The notes under the pieces: model-generated
The model's input: the letters and a program-made list of their open reading frames with translations, nothing else
Told to the model about the DNA's origin: nothing
Databases searched by the model: none
Source: a virus
Taxonomy: Duplodnaviria > Caudoviricetes
DNA: 58,733 bases
Virus record (IMG/VR): IMGVR_UViG_3300028766_000008
Location: 1 to 58,733 of that record
Direction: 5' to 3' (one strand)
Made by a program: the position numbers and the translations under genes
In this document: one piece after another, positions 18,802 to 29,049 of the stretch
How positions within the stretch are numbered: position 1 is the stretch's first letter
Layout of the letters: each line of letters starts with the position of its first letter

Positions 18802-21652
18802 TAAGGCTGTTAAGGTTTATAGGAAGGGGGTACTGCGTTTGAATAGCAATTTGTGCGTTTGTTTCCCAATCGGCGGGAGCTTCAATATATTCATCGCCAG
18901 TATATAATGGCACTGAATTACCAGGGATAACAGCAGCATTTCGTTCTCTTGATGAATAAAGACCCGTCCACGTTATATTAGCATTATTTGGCTGGGTGGA
19001 TGCATCAGGCTGATTAACACCAATTGAAATGCCCCTTGATGCCTCCATACGCGCCGTAACGCCAAATATTGACTTACGTTTGCCTTGGGGCGTGTCTTTT
19101 TGTCCTGGTGGGTCAAGGTACATAGTTTGTAATTGACACGTGTACGGCAATCCTACGGTTATTTGGGAGGCTGCCAGAGGCAATGTCACGGTGCCGTTAA
19201 CAACAGTCTGACTGGGAACGACAGCGCCATCCGCCAATATAGAAACTTCCAAACCGTTTAAATGATTTAACCCGCTCACAGACGTTGTTGGCGTTCCTAT
19301 TGACCAGTTCCCTGATATTTGGGGTATTGGCGTATTATTCGGGTCATTGGGAATAGTTTTAGTTATAGGTGTCGTTATGTTGGCCGTAACACTTGTTCCT
19401 GACGTATAAGACGTAATTGTAGCCACCCCACCGCCAGTTCTAATAACATCCCCAACCATGCCAGAAGAAAAAACCGAAGATGAAGTTGTGAAAACAACAT
19501 TATTGGTAATTACGGCGCTGACAACCGCACCCGAACCTGTACTATCGGATATTAATATACTGGTTTCACCTAATGTATAATTTTGGCCTTGAGTTAATGG
19601 AGTAACTGCTGTGATAACACCAGCAACAACCGTAACACTAAAAGTAGCCCCAAAACCTTGCCCACTGGCGTCGAGCGCAACAGCAGTAGGTGCTGTATAT
19701 CCTTCTCCTCCAAAAGCCACGAGGGTACTTGATATATTACTTGTTCCGTTTGCCGATGCTGCATAAATTGTAGCTGATGGATAATTTAAAGCCAAAGTGA
19801 GCCCTGCATCAACGCACCAGCAACTACCAACATCTTGCCACAAACGATTATTCATGCGTTCTGAATAATAAACGTAAACACCATTTACCAAACGCTGCGT
19901 TACAATATACAAAGCATCTACAGGTGGCTCTACAACAGTGCAAACGCTGGCATACAATCCATTGGTGTCGTGTCTTGCCCAAGCATAAACATCTTGTTCT
20001 TTAAGGTATGTAAAAGATAACATAGTGCCGTCATTTCTGACGCACCATATAAGTTTGTACGGTTCCTCAGCATAAGCCCATTGAATGATCTCATAACCAG
20101 TAAACAATTGGTTTGAAAGAACAGTAGTGTCCGTTCCAGTATAAATGTTAACAAAGAAATTATAAGACAAATCCCTTACGATTGATCCTTTGGCTTGCAC
20201 ATATAAAATATCGTAATTAACCACGATAGGCGGGACGGTTGAATTGCAACCATTATATGCTTGGGGCTGTGCGTCCTGACTTGACGGTGTAATAGCTGCA
20301 CTATTACCACCATTTAATTGCCATGCCCCAGAACCTGTCAAAACAACTAACCCACCTGGCATGGGAACAAGAAATTGAATGCCATTAACTTGTTGCGCCC
20401 ACGGTGATCCAGTTATTGAATCAGAATCGGCAATAGGTATGGCATAGTCAAAATTAAGAAAAGCCCCTGGCTGGCTCATGTAATACGTATCTGGATTATC
20501 AATTGTACTTGCATAAACGCGACGTTGCTGAAAATACGCTACGCATCCGGGGTAATAACCCGTCCCTGTAAAAGGGTTTTGATGCTGAGGGGGGACAGTC
20601 GTAAAATCAGGTTGAATGTTTGTGTCAACAAAACTTGTCGATAAACTTGTCCCGGCAAAACCAAAAAGAACTCCCGAAGGTTGCGCGGTTCCATACGAAG
20701 GCGTTGCTTCATATATATTGTAGCTTGTAGCCCCGGTCACGGCTGACCACGTAATAGTATTGCTACCTGCGTATATTGATATGTCGTTATTGTAACATTG
20801 AGCTACATTTGAAGCGATACTTTCTTCGCCATCGGAAGCAACAGCCGTAACAACATACTGATAATAAGTTGTCGCAGTTGTGGAAGAATTAGCTGTAGCG
20901 GAAGCACCAGTAGGAGCAGATATAGAAGAAGCAAATGTTACTTCTGTAAAAACCCAATTTGTCGCCCCATCACGCTGAAGATCATAGGGCGGATAATCAT
21001 AGGGTGAACTTTCATTAACATAAGAAACACATGTCAAAGACATTGTGTTCGCGCTTTGAGTATATTTTAAATAAGGCAAATCTACAGCAGCGTATGGAGA
21101 TGTCACAGTATAAATACGGGCAACCGTGCCGCCAGTAGAAGCGGTTGCCGAAGTTACGTTATTTCCAAAAAGATCTTGAACATTAAAAGTATTGGTGGTT
21201 TTCGCTGTAACAACCCAAACTAATCCGCTAAAACCCGTATTTCCAGAATCATAAATCCAATCGCCAACACGATAACCATGAGCCGTAGCTGTAAATAGTC
21301 CAGCGGAACTGACACTTGTTACAGTAACGGCGCTTTCTAAAACGTATGCGCCATCAGACAAGATGCGCATATATTCATCACCAAATTCCAGCGCATAACC
21401 TTGGTCAATGTTAAATTGAAAAGGAATTAACCGTGGTGGATAGCTAGATATTGTGCCACCAACATTAGGGGCGTTTTGCTTACACATTCCGCAATACGCA
21501 GTGCCTGCGCGTGACGCGGCTCCTCCACGATAATTGGCGAAGAAATTACGATAAGTAGAAGCCCCCGAATGATATTTCTGAAGATCCGTTCTGCCAAAAA
21601 CCGAAGGACTAAGTTCGCCTGACGAAAAGCTGTTTTGAATAGTGGTTAGCAT
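18767..21652 (-). CDS. Tail tubular protein B (nozzle)
   Basis: QNSFSSGELSP...GRTD N-terminus, YFQQRR, WARHDT motifs, 961 aa. Confidence 0.85.
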   Translation of the reverse strand: MLTTIQNSFSSGELSPSVFGRTDLQKYHSGASTYRNFFANYRGGAASRAGTAYCGMCKQNAPNVGGTISSYPPRLIPFQFNIDQGYALEFGDEYMRILSDGAYVLESAVTVTSVSSAGLFTATAHGYRVGDWIYDSGNTGFSGLVWVVTAKTTNTFNVQDLFGNNVTSATASTGGTVARIYTVTSPYAAVDLPYLKYTQSANTMSLTCVSYVNESSPYDYPPYDLQRDGATNWVFTEVTFASSISAPTGASATANSSTTATTYYQYVVTAVASDGEESIASNVAQCYNNDISIYAGSNTITWSAVTGATSYNIYEATPSYGTAQPSGVLFGFAGTSLSTSFVDTNIQPDFTTVPPQHQNPFTGTGYYPGCVAYFQQRRVYASTIDNPDTYYMSQPGAFLNFDYAIPIADSDSITGSPWAQQVNGIQFLVPMPGGLVVLTGSGAWQLNGGNSAAITPSSQDAQPQAYNGCNSTVPPIVVNYDILYVQAKGSIVRDLSYNFFVNIYTGTDTTVLSNQLFTGYEIIQWAYAEEPYKLIWCVRNDGTMLSFTYLKEQDVYAWARHDTNGLYASVCTVVEPPVDALYIVTQRLVNGVYVYYSERMNNRLWQDVGSCWCVDAGLTLALNYPSATIYAASANGTSNISSTLVAFGGEGYTAPTAVALDASGQGFGATFSVTVVAGVITAVTPLTQGQNYTLGETSILISDSTGSGAVVSAVITNNVVFTTSSSVFSSGMVGDVIRTGGGVATITSYTSGTSVTANITTPITKTIPNDPNNTPIPQISGNWSIGTPTTSVSGLNHLNGLEVSILADGAVVPSQTVVNGTVTLPLAASQITVGLPYTCQLQTMYLDPPGQKDTPQGKRKSIFGVTARMEASRGISIGVNQPDASTQPNNANITWTGLYSSRERNAAVIPGNSVPLYTGDEYIEAPADWETNAQIAIQTQYPLPINLNSLIVWYEMGDTSD

Positions 21653-22437
21653 AGGCTAAATCCCCAATTAATGTTGTCATACCCTACGCCTTGCCAAACA
21701 TCCCATCCACCAGAGCCGCCATTTCTTGCGGATATCCAGTCAGGGACGTGATCTTGACAGTTGCTGCCTTCATTCCCATCAGCCGTCCTGGCTTGCATAA
21801 TAATTTCTTCAGCCAACCGAGCTTGCATTTGCATCAACGGCAAATTCATAGCAATGCCAGGGCATAAAAAGGCCGCCAAAGACGCCACAAATGCAGCTTC
21901 AAATTGCGAATCCCAAATTGTTGGGATTGGTTGATTAACAATATAATTAAGTTGAGCCTGATCTTGATTGGTCAAGATAACGCTAATAGGACTTCCGCTT
22001 GCATTTGTGCTGTAAGCAACCTTAAAAGGAATTTGACCGCGACCCCGAAAATAGATGGGCGCTGGAACACTACCAGTTGTATAATTCGTGCCACTTAACT
22101 GGGCCGGATACGTAGGAACAATAGCTCGTGCTTTAAGCATGTCAGTAGGGGCTGCATACATATAAAGCCAAGGTGTAGGAACGGTTAAACCATAGCCAGT
22201 AGTTCCACCTTCAGGCGTACCTGCTGCCGCTCCCAATATTGACAATGAAGCTTGTTGAGATAAACAATTCCACCAAGCAGTTCGCGCTAAAGATTGAAAT
22301 GTGGGAAGATACAAAAGATTGCAAGCATTTGCGGCAACACTTTGATCGCTAGGAAATACGCTGCTTATGGTTGATTTGCCGCCTATTGCCATCAAAGATC
22401 GTTGGCATAGACTTAATTGGCTGGATGCTGATGTCAT
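21646..22437 (-). CDS. Tail tubular protein A (adaptor)
   Basis: LCQRSLMAIG...W..Y..P.D.L pattern; upstream of tube B. Confidence 0.75.
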   Translation of the reverse strand: MTSASSQLSLCQRSLMAIGGKSTISSVFPSDQSVAANACNLLYLPTFQSLARTAWWNCLSQQASLSILGAAAGTPEGGTTGYGLTVPTPWLYMYAAPTDMLKARAIVPTYPAQLSGTNYTTGSVPAPIYFRGRGQIPFKVAYSTNASGSPISVILTNQDQAQLNYIVNQPIPTIWDSQFEAAFVASLAAFLCPGIAMNLPLMQMQARLAEEIIMQARTADGNEGSNCQDHVPDWISARNGGSGGWDVWQGVGYDNINWGFSLC

Positions 22438-22448
22438 GCTTCACCTGC

Positions 22449-22826
22449 TTAATAATACAGGTTGCGACCTTTATTGCCACGACCTTTGAGTTTCTTTTTG
22501 GGCATTTCATCACGCTCAACTTCGGCTTCTTCTGCCTGCTCGTTCTCACAACTCATAAATTTGATTTGCAGACTAACGCGGCATTTTTCGCCGTCTTCAT
22601 TTTGTTCAGTATTAATTCCCGTAACTTCCGCCATACAAAACAAATGAATCAAATCGCCAATTTCGCAATTTTCATCCAAGCCAAGCTTTTCAAGTTCAGC
22701 ATCACAAAGCGTAATTTGAAGGCCATAAGGATATTTGGGAACAGATTCGCCTAGAGCAAATGGAACGCCCATTGACTGTTCATCTTCGAGGCTTCGCGCC
22801 ATATCAACCAATTTTGGCATTTTCAT
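22449..22826 (-). CDS. Capsid staple/cement protein (epsilon15 gp10-like)
   Basis: LVDM...YPYGLQITL...LEKLGL...LQI pattern. Confidence 0.65.
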   Translation of the reverse strand: MKMPKLVDMARSLEDEQSMGVPFALGESVPKYPYGLQITLCDAELEKLGLDENCEIGDLIHLFCMAEVTGINTEQNEDGEKCRVSLQIKFMSCENEQAEEAEVERDEMPKKKLKGRGNKGRNLYY

Positions 22827-22835
22827 ATTTAACCC

Positions 22836-23558
22836 CTAAGCCGCAAGATTTTCAATTTCATCAACAGATATAGGCCGGATATCTTCAGCCACATGCTCTA
22901 CTGGAATCACATTTGTTACTTTTGGAAACATATATTCATATTCGCCAATATGCCCAATTTCTTGCGATAAATCATGATCGCAGAACATTTTGACGCCATG
23001 CACACGTAAAAGTGTCGAAAAATAAATATCCGATCCAACATAATCTTGTTTTTCTTCAAGCCAACGGATTTCAAAACGAGGCTTAGGAATTTCTCTAAAA
23101 GACGACACGCGAGCCAAAAAACTTGCCCCGCCCATAGAAGCGACTTCTTGCAATCCTGTCTTACCAGTTGAATCCAAACGGTTGCCGTTTATGTCACACA
23201 AAATGCCTTTAACTTCATTAATATCATGCATAGTTTTGTGACGATAATTTGTTGTCACAACATCCTTATCATGCTGAATAAGACGATCAACAATATTGTT
23301 AGGAAATGTCATATCGTCATCTAAAGATAACCAATGGGTGTAATTCCCATTAATCATCTCATCGACAAATTTTTCTTGGGCTATAGGAAGAACGCTAACT
23401 TGGCCGTATGAACGAAACTGAACATCTTGGAGTTTATACCCAGATACGCCAATGCCAGTTGTCATCAAATAGGACATAAGTCCTACAAGGGAAGAGCCAA
23501 ATTTGCCCTTCCAATCTCTATTGCTGGCCACGCTAACATAGAGCCTTACATTTTCCAT
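22836..23558 (-). CDS. GT-A fold (GT2-like) glycosyltransferase
   Basis: THWLSLDDDM (DxD), GSDIYF, HIG motifs. Confidence 0.7.
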   Translation of the reverse strand: MENVRLYVSVASNRDWKGKFGSSLVGLMSYLMTTGIGVSGYKLQDVQFRSYGQVSVLPIAQEKFVDEMINGNYTHWLSLDDDMTFPNNIVDRLIQHDKDVVTTNYRHKTMHDINEVKGILCDINGNRLDSTGKTGLQEVASMGGASFLARVSSFREIPKPRFEIRWLEEKQDYVGSDIYFSTLLRVHGVKMFCDHDLSQEIGHIGEYEYMFPKVTNVIPVEHVAEDIRPISVDEIENLAA

Positions 23559-23569
23559 TAAAATCCTCT

Positions 23570-24100
23570 TTACGACAACCTATCAACCCAGAAATTAGAG
23601 CCTGCGTTAAGCGTAGTAGCCGTTGCGTTGCTGACATTTTGAGAGAAAGATAGCGCAAAAGTTCCTGTTGTTGCAGCTAAAATCGTACCTGTAATGTTAA
23701 CTGTGGTAACTGCCCCTGTATAAGCCAGAAGATTGCTTGACAGAGCCGTAATGTTACCTTGTGCGGCCACCGTAGCGGTATTGTAGGCCCAAGTATCAGC
23801 AGACAAAGTTGTTGCGGTAGCAGTGCCAGTAAATTGAAGCTTTAGACCGCCAGATGCACCGTTAGTTACCGACAAATAAACGTCAAAAACATAAACGCCA
23901 GCAGCTTGCAAAATAACTGACATGCCGCTTGACGTAATAAGCGTAGTCGAAGTTACCGAAACGCTATTGGCAAAATACGTGCTGCCCTCAAAGTTAGTGA
24001 TTTGCGTAAGACTGAATTGCTCAGTCGTGGCCGCAGGATAACCGTTTCCAGAAATACCCTGTACGATTACTAGTTCGTTACCAATAGGAAGTGTTGCCAT
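23570..24100 (-). CDS. Beta-sandwich virion decoration-like protein
   Basis: T/S/G-rich, head module. Confidence 0.5.
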   Translation of the reverse strand: MATLPIGNELVIVQGISGNGYPAATTEQFSLTQITNFEGSTYFANSVSVTSTTLITSSGMSVILQAAGVYVFDVYLSVTNGASGGLKLQFTGTATATTLSADTWAYNTATVAAQGNITALSSNLLAYTGAVTTVNITGTILAATTGTFALSFSQNVSNATATTLNAGSNFWVDRLS

Positions 24101-24102
24101 GA

Positions 24103-24513
24103 TTAATCATTCCCTTCTTTTTCGCCACCCTTGGTGGCTTTGTCTATGATTTTGTCTTTCTTTTCGTGCGATTGCATTTCTTTTTGATGTTCGGGTTCGC
24201 CAAGCTCTTTTTCATGGCGAGAATGCATTTCTTTCATTTCTTTTTCGTGACGAGTATGCATTTCTTTTTTATCAGTATGACCTTTGGCATCATGCATAGC
24301 ATGTTCGTGTTCATGACGAGAATGCATATCATGGCGTTCTTTGACGTGGCGGACATGTGCTGGCATTACTTCATGATTATCGGCTTCTTTCATGGTTTCA
24401 TGGTTGCCAGCTTTTTTGGAATCTTTTTCAATACGGCTAATTTCCATATCTCCGTCTTCTCCACGTTTCATCGTAGGAGATTTGCCGTACATGCGTTCAG
24501 CTCTGCTGCTCAT
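24103..24513 (-). CDS. His/Glu/Lys-rich protein
   Basis: Repeated MHxRHE units. Confidence 0.6.
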   Translation of the reverse strand: MSSRAERMYGKSPTMKRGEDGDMEISRIEKDSKKAGNHETMKEADNHEVMPAHVRHVKERHDMHSRHEHEHAMHDAKGHTDKKEMHTRHEKEMKEMHSRHEKELGEPEHQKEMQSHEKKDKIIDKATKGGEKEGND

Positions 24514-24794
24514 TTTTTAACCTTTCCATACATAGATTTCATAAGAGTCTTAGCCCCAACGTGCTTTTTCTTATGTGCTTCTTTTTCAAACGTTTCAGCT
24601 AAACGAGCTTCTTTTCCAAGCTTACCTGGTGCATTTTTTTCTTCTTCAGCATATTCATGAACGGATTTACCGGCAGCTTTTGCTTTAGCCGTAAAAATTC
24701 CTTTATGGCTTTCAGGAACCGCTTTTTTCATCCATTTCTTTTTTGGTTTTTCAGACATTGATTTTGCACCATCAACAAGATTGGACATTACCAT
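24510..24794 (-). CDS. Small basic protein
   Basis: KKKWMKKAV...GKLGKEARLAETF; start may be the MSEKPK Met. Confidence 0.55.
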   Translation of the reverse strand: MVMSNLVDGAKSMSEKPKKKWMKKAVPESHKGIFTAKAKAAGKSVHEYAEEEKNAPGKLGKEARLAETFEKEAHKKKHVGAKTLMKSMYGKVKK

Positions 24795-24799
24795 TTAGA

Positions 24800-25276
24800 T
24801 TAACCAAGTTTTTCGATTTTAGAAGCGCGTTCTTCATTGTTTCCAACAAATTCAGAAGTTGTTTCTGGGCTAACTTTTTGAATACGCTTCTTGCTATTCA
24901 TTTTAGCGCCCATAATTTTAACACCATTAGGGTTTTGAACCGTTTGCAAACGACGAGCATCTTCTGAAGCGTTGGCAATCATTTCATCTTTAGTGCGTGG
25001 ACGACCAGCATAATAACGACCATTGCGCTCAGCTACAATGCGTGCGCTTTCTTCCAAAGAATCAACATATTTTTCAAACGCTTCTTGCGCCAGTTCATTC
25101 ATTGGCTCCATATCCTCGTTCGGCGTATCATAAAGAACAATGAGTTCGCCCGATGGATGCAGCGTGTCATCTGGGCCAAAAAATCCCTGTTCATTAAGAA
25201 TACGATAAACAGGACGATCTTGCGGAATAGCAGGATCGCGTTTTTGAACGGGAGGCGCTGTAAAAAGCTGAACCAT
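24800..25276 (-). CDS. Hypothetical head-module protein
   Basis: SD aaggag; collinear ORF. Confidence 0.6.
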   Translation of the reverse strand: MVQLFTAPPVQKRDPAIPQDRPVYRILNEQGFFGPDDTLHPSGELIVLYDTPNEDMEPMNELAQEAFEKYVDSLEESARIVAERNGRYYAGRPRTKDEMIANASEDARRLQTVQNPNGVKIMGAKMNSKKRIQKVSPETTSEFVGNNEERASKIEKLG

Positions 25277-25294
25277 AAAGTCTCCTTTGTTTAG

Positions 25295-25324
25295 AAAAAC
25301 CCGTGACCATTTCTGGCCACGGGG
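25295..25324 (-). terminator. Intrinsic terminator after capsid/cement genes
   Basis: Minus strand cccgtggcca-gaaa-tggtcacggg followed by ttttt. Confidence 0.75.
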
Positions 25325-25332
25325 TATGCGTA

Positions 25333-25890
25333 TTAACCAGCGATGTAATTGTTTGCGTATTGATTGCCCAGCAAACCAGCTTTTGTGCCAGCAAAGCTTG
25401 GAGGATTTAGCGTCATAAACGAATTGACGCTAAGGGTAATGGTCGTGTTCGATACCGTGTAAACAAGCTTGTAAAAGCGAGGAAGTGCTTCGCCCATAGC
25501 TGCCAAGGTAGACGGTACAGGAAAGTACAAAACAGAACCAGCGTACAGCATCGTACTGCCAGAAAGCGCAGCGGACGTGTAAATGGTAGTGTAAGTGCCT
25601 TGACCATACGAACCGTTATCAGGAGCAGCCTGCAAGGTGATAGTCATGGTGCCGGTTACTGTCGTGACGGTATTAATCGTTACGACAACATAAGGTTGTG
25701 CCATTCCATCGCCAACACCGTAATCAACGCCGATTGCAGTATTGGTTGCAGGGAAACCATTAATCATTGAAGGAGCATTGCCTGAGCCAGCACCCGTAAT
25801 ATCAATGATGGTGGAGGTTGTGGTTGTATTAGCGATTGCTAGTACAGTGTTGACCGCCGTATTGAAAGACAAACTATTATCCAAGTACAT
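25333..25890 (-). CDS. Capsid cement protein (Bbp16-like)
   Basis: MYLDNSLSF...STIIDI...PRFYKLVYTV; directly after major capsid. Confidence 0.7.
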   Translation of the reverse strand: MYLDNSLSFNTAVNTVLAIANTTTTSTIIDITGAGSGNAPSMINGFPATNTAIGVDYGVGDGMAQPYVVVTINTVTTVTGTMTITLQAAPDNGSYGQGTYTTIYTSAALSGSTMLYAGSVLYFPVPSTLAAMGEALPRFYKLVYTVSNTTITLSVNSFMTLNPPSFAGTKAGLLGNQYANNYIAG

Positions 25891-25901
25891 TAGATTTCTC
25901 C

Positions 25902-26966
25902 TTACGACAGTGTTGCTTCAGTGTTGGTCAAAGCATCGACCACACGGATGGGGATATCACGGAAGGCCAATACGGGATCGCCTGCAAAGTCCTTGCTCGA
26001 CAACAAAACGTTTTTGTCGCGAATAGCTTGGATATCCAAGTTTTCACGAACAGTACGGTTGCAATACCAAGCTGGGTTAATACCAGGAGCCGGTTCACGA
26101 GGACTGTCGCTTTCAGTAATGCCAGAAGCGCGACGAGTAAGGGTAGGCAACTTAACAACTGCACGCGACATCAAAGCAAACAAGTCAGGAGGTGTCGTTG
26201 AGAACAGGCCGCCTGCGTTTGTAGTCGTATCAATGTTGCAGATACGAACCGTATAGCGCCAATCCTTAACAGCTAGGCCGCACTTCCAGCAGAAATAGCT
26301 GGTGTAACCTTCAAACTGGTTGCCGTTCGTATCGTAAAGAGCGCGAACGTCACCCTTGTCTTCATACTGAAGACCGGCTGGCGAACCCTTGGGGAAAATA
26401 CCAAACAAAGTTTCGTCGCCCCACCCACCAAGCCACAAAGAAGCGTTGGCTGATGCTGTACCGCCAGCATTAAGTACGTTTACGGCATTCTTCGCGTTTG
26501 AAGACGTAATCGTATTATACTGAGGTGCAAGACCAGTAAACTGCTGTGGGTTCGTGGCTTCGTTTGAATAGAACAAAGCTGAAGCGATCTGCTGGCTAAG
26601 ACCTTCAATATGCGCCATGTCTTGCGACAAACGGAAAGCCTCTACGTCACCATTCAGGGATGCTTCAGACTTATCTACCAAGCTGTAATCAACCAATTCG
26701 CCAATGGCAAACTGGAACTGAGCTTGGAGGGGTTTGGTGGACGCAACACCTTGGTTGTTGCCGCGCCATGTACCTTGCGGTAAACCAGCACGAACCGAGA
26801 TTTTGTGGCCAAGAGGAAGATTGCCTTCCTTCCAGATAATATCCTTCAGGACTTCGTTGCATTGAGAAAGCAATTCTGCAATGTCAGCAACTGCACCATC
26901 GGGATCGACGCTCCGTGCCCAATCAACGAGATTTGGTAGGACGTTATAGCTAAATGCACCAGCCAT
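25902..26966 (-). CDS. Major capsid protein (BPP-1/epsilon15-like)
   Basis: IAELLSQCNEVL...EGN...RAGLP...QFTGL...FRDIPIRVVDAL. Confidence 0.9.
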   Translation of the reverse strand: MAGAFSYNVLPNLVDWARSVDPDGAVADIAELLSQCNEVLKDIIWKEGNLPLGHKISVRAGLPQGTWRGNNQGVASTKPLQAQFQFAIGELVDYSLVDKSEASLNGDVEAFRLSQDMAHIEGLSQQIASALFYSNEATNPQQFTGLAPQYNTITSSNAKNAVNVLNAGGTASANASLWLGGWGDETLFGIFPKGSPAGLQYEDKGDVRALYDTNGNQFEGYTSYFCWKCGLAVKDWRYTVRICNIDTTTNAGGLFSTTPPDLFALMSRAVVKLPTLTRRASGITESDSPREPAPGINPAWYCNRTVRENLDIQAIRDKNVLLSSKDFAGDPVLAFRDIPIRVVDALTNTEATLS

Positions 26967-27050
26967 ATTATTAGCTCCTTCTAAGGGATGGGACGATTCA
27001 CATCGTTCCAGTTATGCCTTGCTAAAGGGCGATAATTACTTCGAGAAGTG

Positions 27051-27899
27051 TTAGCTTTTCTTCCCGTAAAATCTTTGTTTGCGCGAAACTTGTTGAGCGG
27101 GTGGAGTTCCAGCAGGGACAGCCGTAGGCTCAGAAAGATTCGCGGTAGCTTTAGCAAAAGCGCGAATAACAGCTGGATGATTGCCAATGCCCGTTGTTTG
27201 CATAAGCGTTCTAAGTTCCTTTTGTTGTTCTTCACTTCCACCATGACGACGAATAAATTCACGTGCCGCAGCAGCAGTCTCGTCTTTACGATTTCCGCCA
27301 ATTTCAGGATCTTTAACAAAAGAATCGTACCAACCCTTTGTTTGGTCTTGCCACGATTTTTTGTAAGCTTCCGCAATTTTCTCGACAACCGCTTGTACAC
27401 TTTCAATATGACGATCAATAATTTTCTGTCCAAACTTTTGAACTAAAGCATGGTCTGCTTTAGACTCAAGTTCAAATTCAGCAAACATCTTGTTAACTTT
27501 TCCCAATTGGGATTGGTCAACAGTCATATTTTCAGGAAACTTCCACGGCTCATAGGACGGCAACGGAGCTGGTTCATCAGACTGGTTGCTCTTTTCCTCT
27601 TTGTTTGCCTCAGTCGCTTTTTCAGCGCCATCAGCAGAATCTTGTTTAGCATCTACCTTAATGTCCGATTTAACTTCAGATTTTAAATCTTTTGGTTCAG
27701 TTTTAATTTCTGTCGAAACATCAGATTTATTATCAGATTTAATTTCTGTAGATACTTCGGTTTTTACATCAGCTGGTGCTGTATCTACAACGTCACTGCC
27801 CAGTACGGTATCCATAGATGCCGATGCGCTCTCTGTTGATAAAACAGGAGCAGATTGTACTGGCTCAGGTGCCGTAACATTAACCACTTCTTCAGTCAT
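27051..27899 (-). CDS. Scaffolding protein
   Basis: Acidic low-complexity N-terminus, DPEIGG and GIGNHPAVIRAF; upstream of capsid. Confidence 0.75.
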   Translation of the reverse strand: MTEEVVNVTAPEPVQSAPVLSTESASASMDTVLGSDVVDTAPADVKTEVSTEIKSDNKSDVSTEIKTEPKDLKSEVKSDIKVDAKQDSADGAEKATEANKEEKSNQSDEPAPLPSYEPWKFPENMTVDQSQLGKVNKMFAEFELESKADHALVQKFGQKIIDRHIESVQAVVEKIAEAYKKSWQDQTKGWYDSFVKDPEIGGNRKDETAAAAREFIRRHGGSEEQQKELRTLMQTTGIGNHPAVIRAFAKATANLSEPTAVPAGTPPAQQVSRKQRFYGKKS

Positions 27900-27958
27900 G
27901 GTTAAGTATTATATAGAAAATTTATACTCATTAATATCCTACGGAAGCATGATGCATA

Positions 27959-28159
27959 TTAAATATGCAATGAACCATTAGAAACTAAAATTGCAACAGC
28001 GTGCGGAATATTACGGGCTTCAATTTTATTTCTTACAGATAGAACATGAGTTTTTATTGTTGTTATTTCCAATTGGAGATTTTGTGCAGCTTCTTGACAC
28101 GTTAATCCGTTTGCCAAAAGCACCATGACTTGCTGTTCTCTAGGACTCAATATCTTCAT
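27959..28159 (-). CDS. Stand-alone LuxR-type HTH protein
   Basis: LSPREQQVMVLLANGLT..EAA..L......IKTH. Confidence 0.85.
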   Translation of the reverse strand: MKILSPREQQVMVLLANGLTCQEAAQNLQLEITTIKTHVLSVRNKIEARNIPHAVAILVSNGSLHI

Positions 28160-28481
28160 TTTTCCCTGCTTCTTTACGCATTTTTATACAAAGCTCAGGA
28201 GCGGCTTCTTCAATTTCCATCCAAATCATTTTACCAAGGTTAGCCATTCCGATATTGCAATAAGTTTCGTGAGAATCTCCACGGACAATAGGATTTCCAA
28301 ACATATAGCTGGCTTCAAGTATATGGTATATCCATGCGCGTGCTTCTTTAACGGACATGATCCCACGTATAACTTCGTCGTTCTGTATTTTTGCGCGAGC
28401 AGCTTTTTTGCGTGCCCTATTAACTTGTTCTTTGTCGTCAGCATTATATTGATCTTCTTCTTCAATCATAATTTTGACCAT
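28140..28481 (-). CDS. Bbp19-like head-module protein
   Basis: IMSVKEARAWIYHIL...NIG pattern between portal and scaffold. Confidence 0.6.
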   Translation of the reverse strand: MVKIMIEEEDQYNADDKEQVNRARKKAARAKIQNDEVIRGIMSVKEARAWIYHILEASYMFGNPIVRGDSHETYCNIGMANLGKMIWMEIEEAAPELCIKMRKEAGKNEDIES

Positions 28482-28735
28482 TTAACATTGATGTCATGAA
28501 ACAATGCAGTTACAGCCGATACAATTTGTGACCATGTGGAAGACCCGTGGCATATATGGGTAAAAACATGCCCGTTGCTTTCAATATAAGCTACACACAT
28601 TCCGACTAATTCACCACGCTCTGCTTTTTGATTAAGGTTTTCCAATAAGCAAATAATGGATGTAGGCGTATCACCCGTTGGAAGATGAGATTCTGTTAAC
28701 GCAATAATTTCAGCTGATTTGCGTTCTTTTGGCAT
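28466..28735 (-). CDS. Hypothetical protein
   Basis: Collinear overlapping ORF. Confidence 0.55.
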   Translation of the reverse strand: MPKERKSAEIIALTESHLPTGDTPTSIICLLENLNQKAERGELVGMCVAYIESNGHVFTHICHGSSTWSQIVSAVTALFHDINVKWSKL

Positions 28736-29049
28736 TAGTTAATAATAAGCTTTTGCGGACGGCTTTCATCAAGAGCAGCAACGGATTTTTTTTGTTTGCC
28801 ATCTATCATCTGCAACACATCAAAACGAGACATTGGTTTTGATTTCCATAAATTAACGCCATGATTATGGATTTCGTCCAACAGTTCGCTGACATCAGCC
28901 CAAATTGGGTGATTTTGCAAACGAGACATTTGCATAGCCGCAGAGGATGCTTGTCTTAAACCTTCAACAAAAAACTCAAATGTTTCTCTTTCAGTAATGG
29001 GTGTAAGAGATTTATCTTTTGCATCTGTTGCATTAATGCCTACTGACAT
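28735..29049 (-). CDS. Hypothetical protein, paralogue of 29033..29239
   Basis: FVEGLRQASSAAMQM vs FIDGLTKSSGAAAQM. Confidence 0.6.
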   Translation of the reverse strand: MSVGINATDAKDKSLTPITERETFEFFVEGLRQASSAAMQMSRLQNHPIWADVSELLDEIHNHGVNLWKSKPMSRFDVLQMIDGKQKKSVAALDESRPQKLIIN

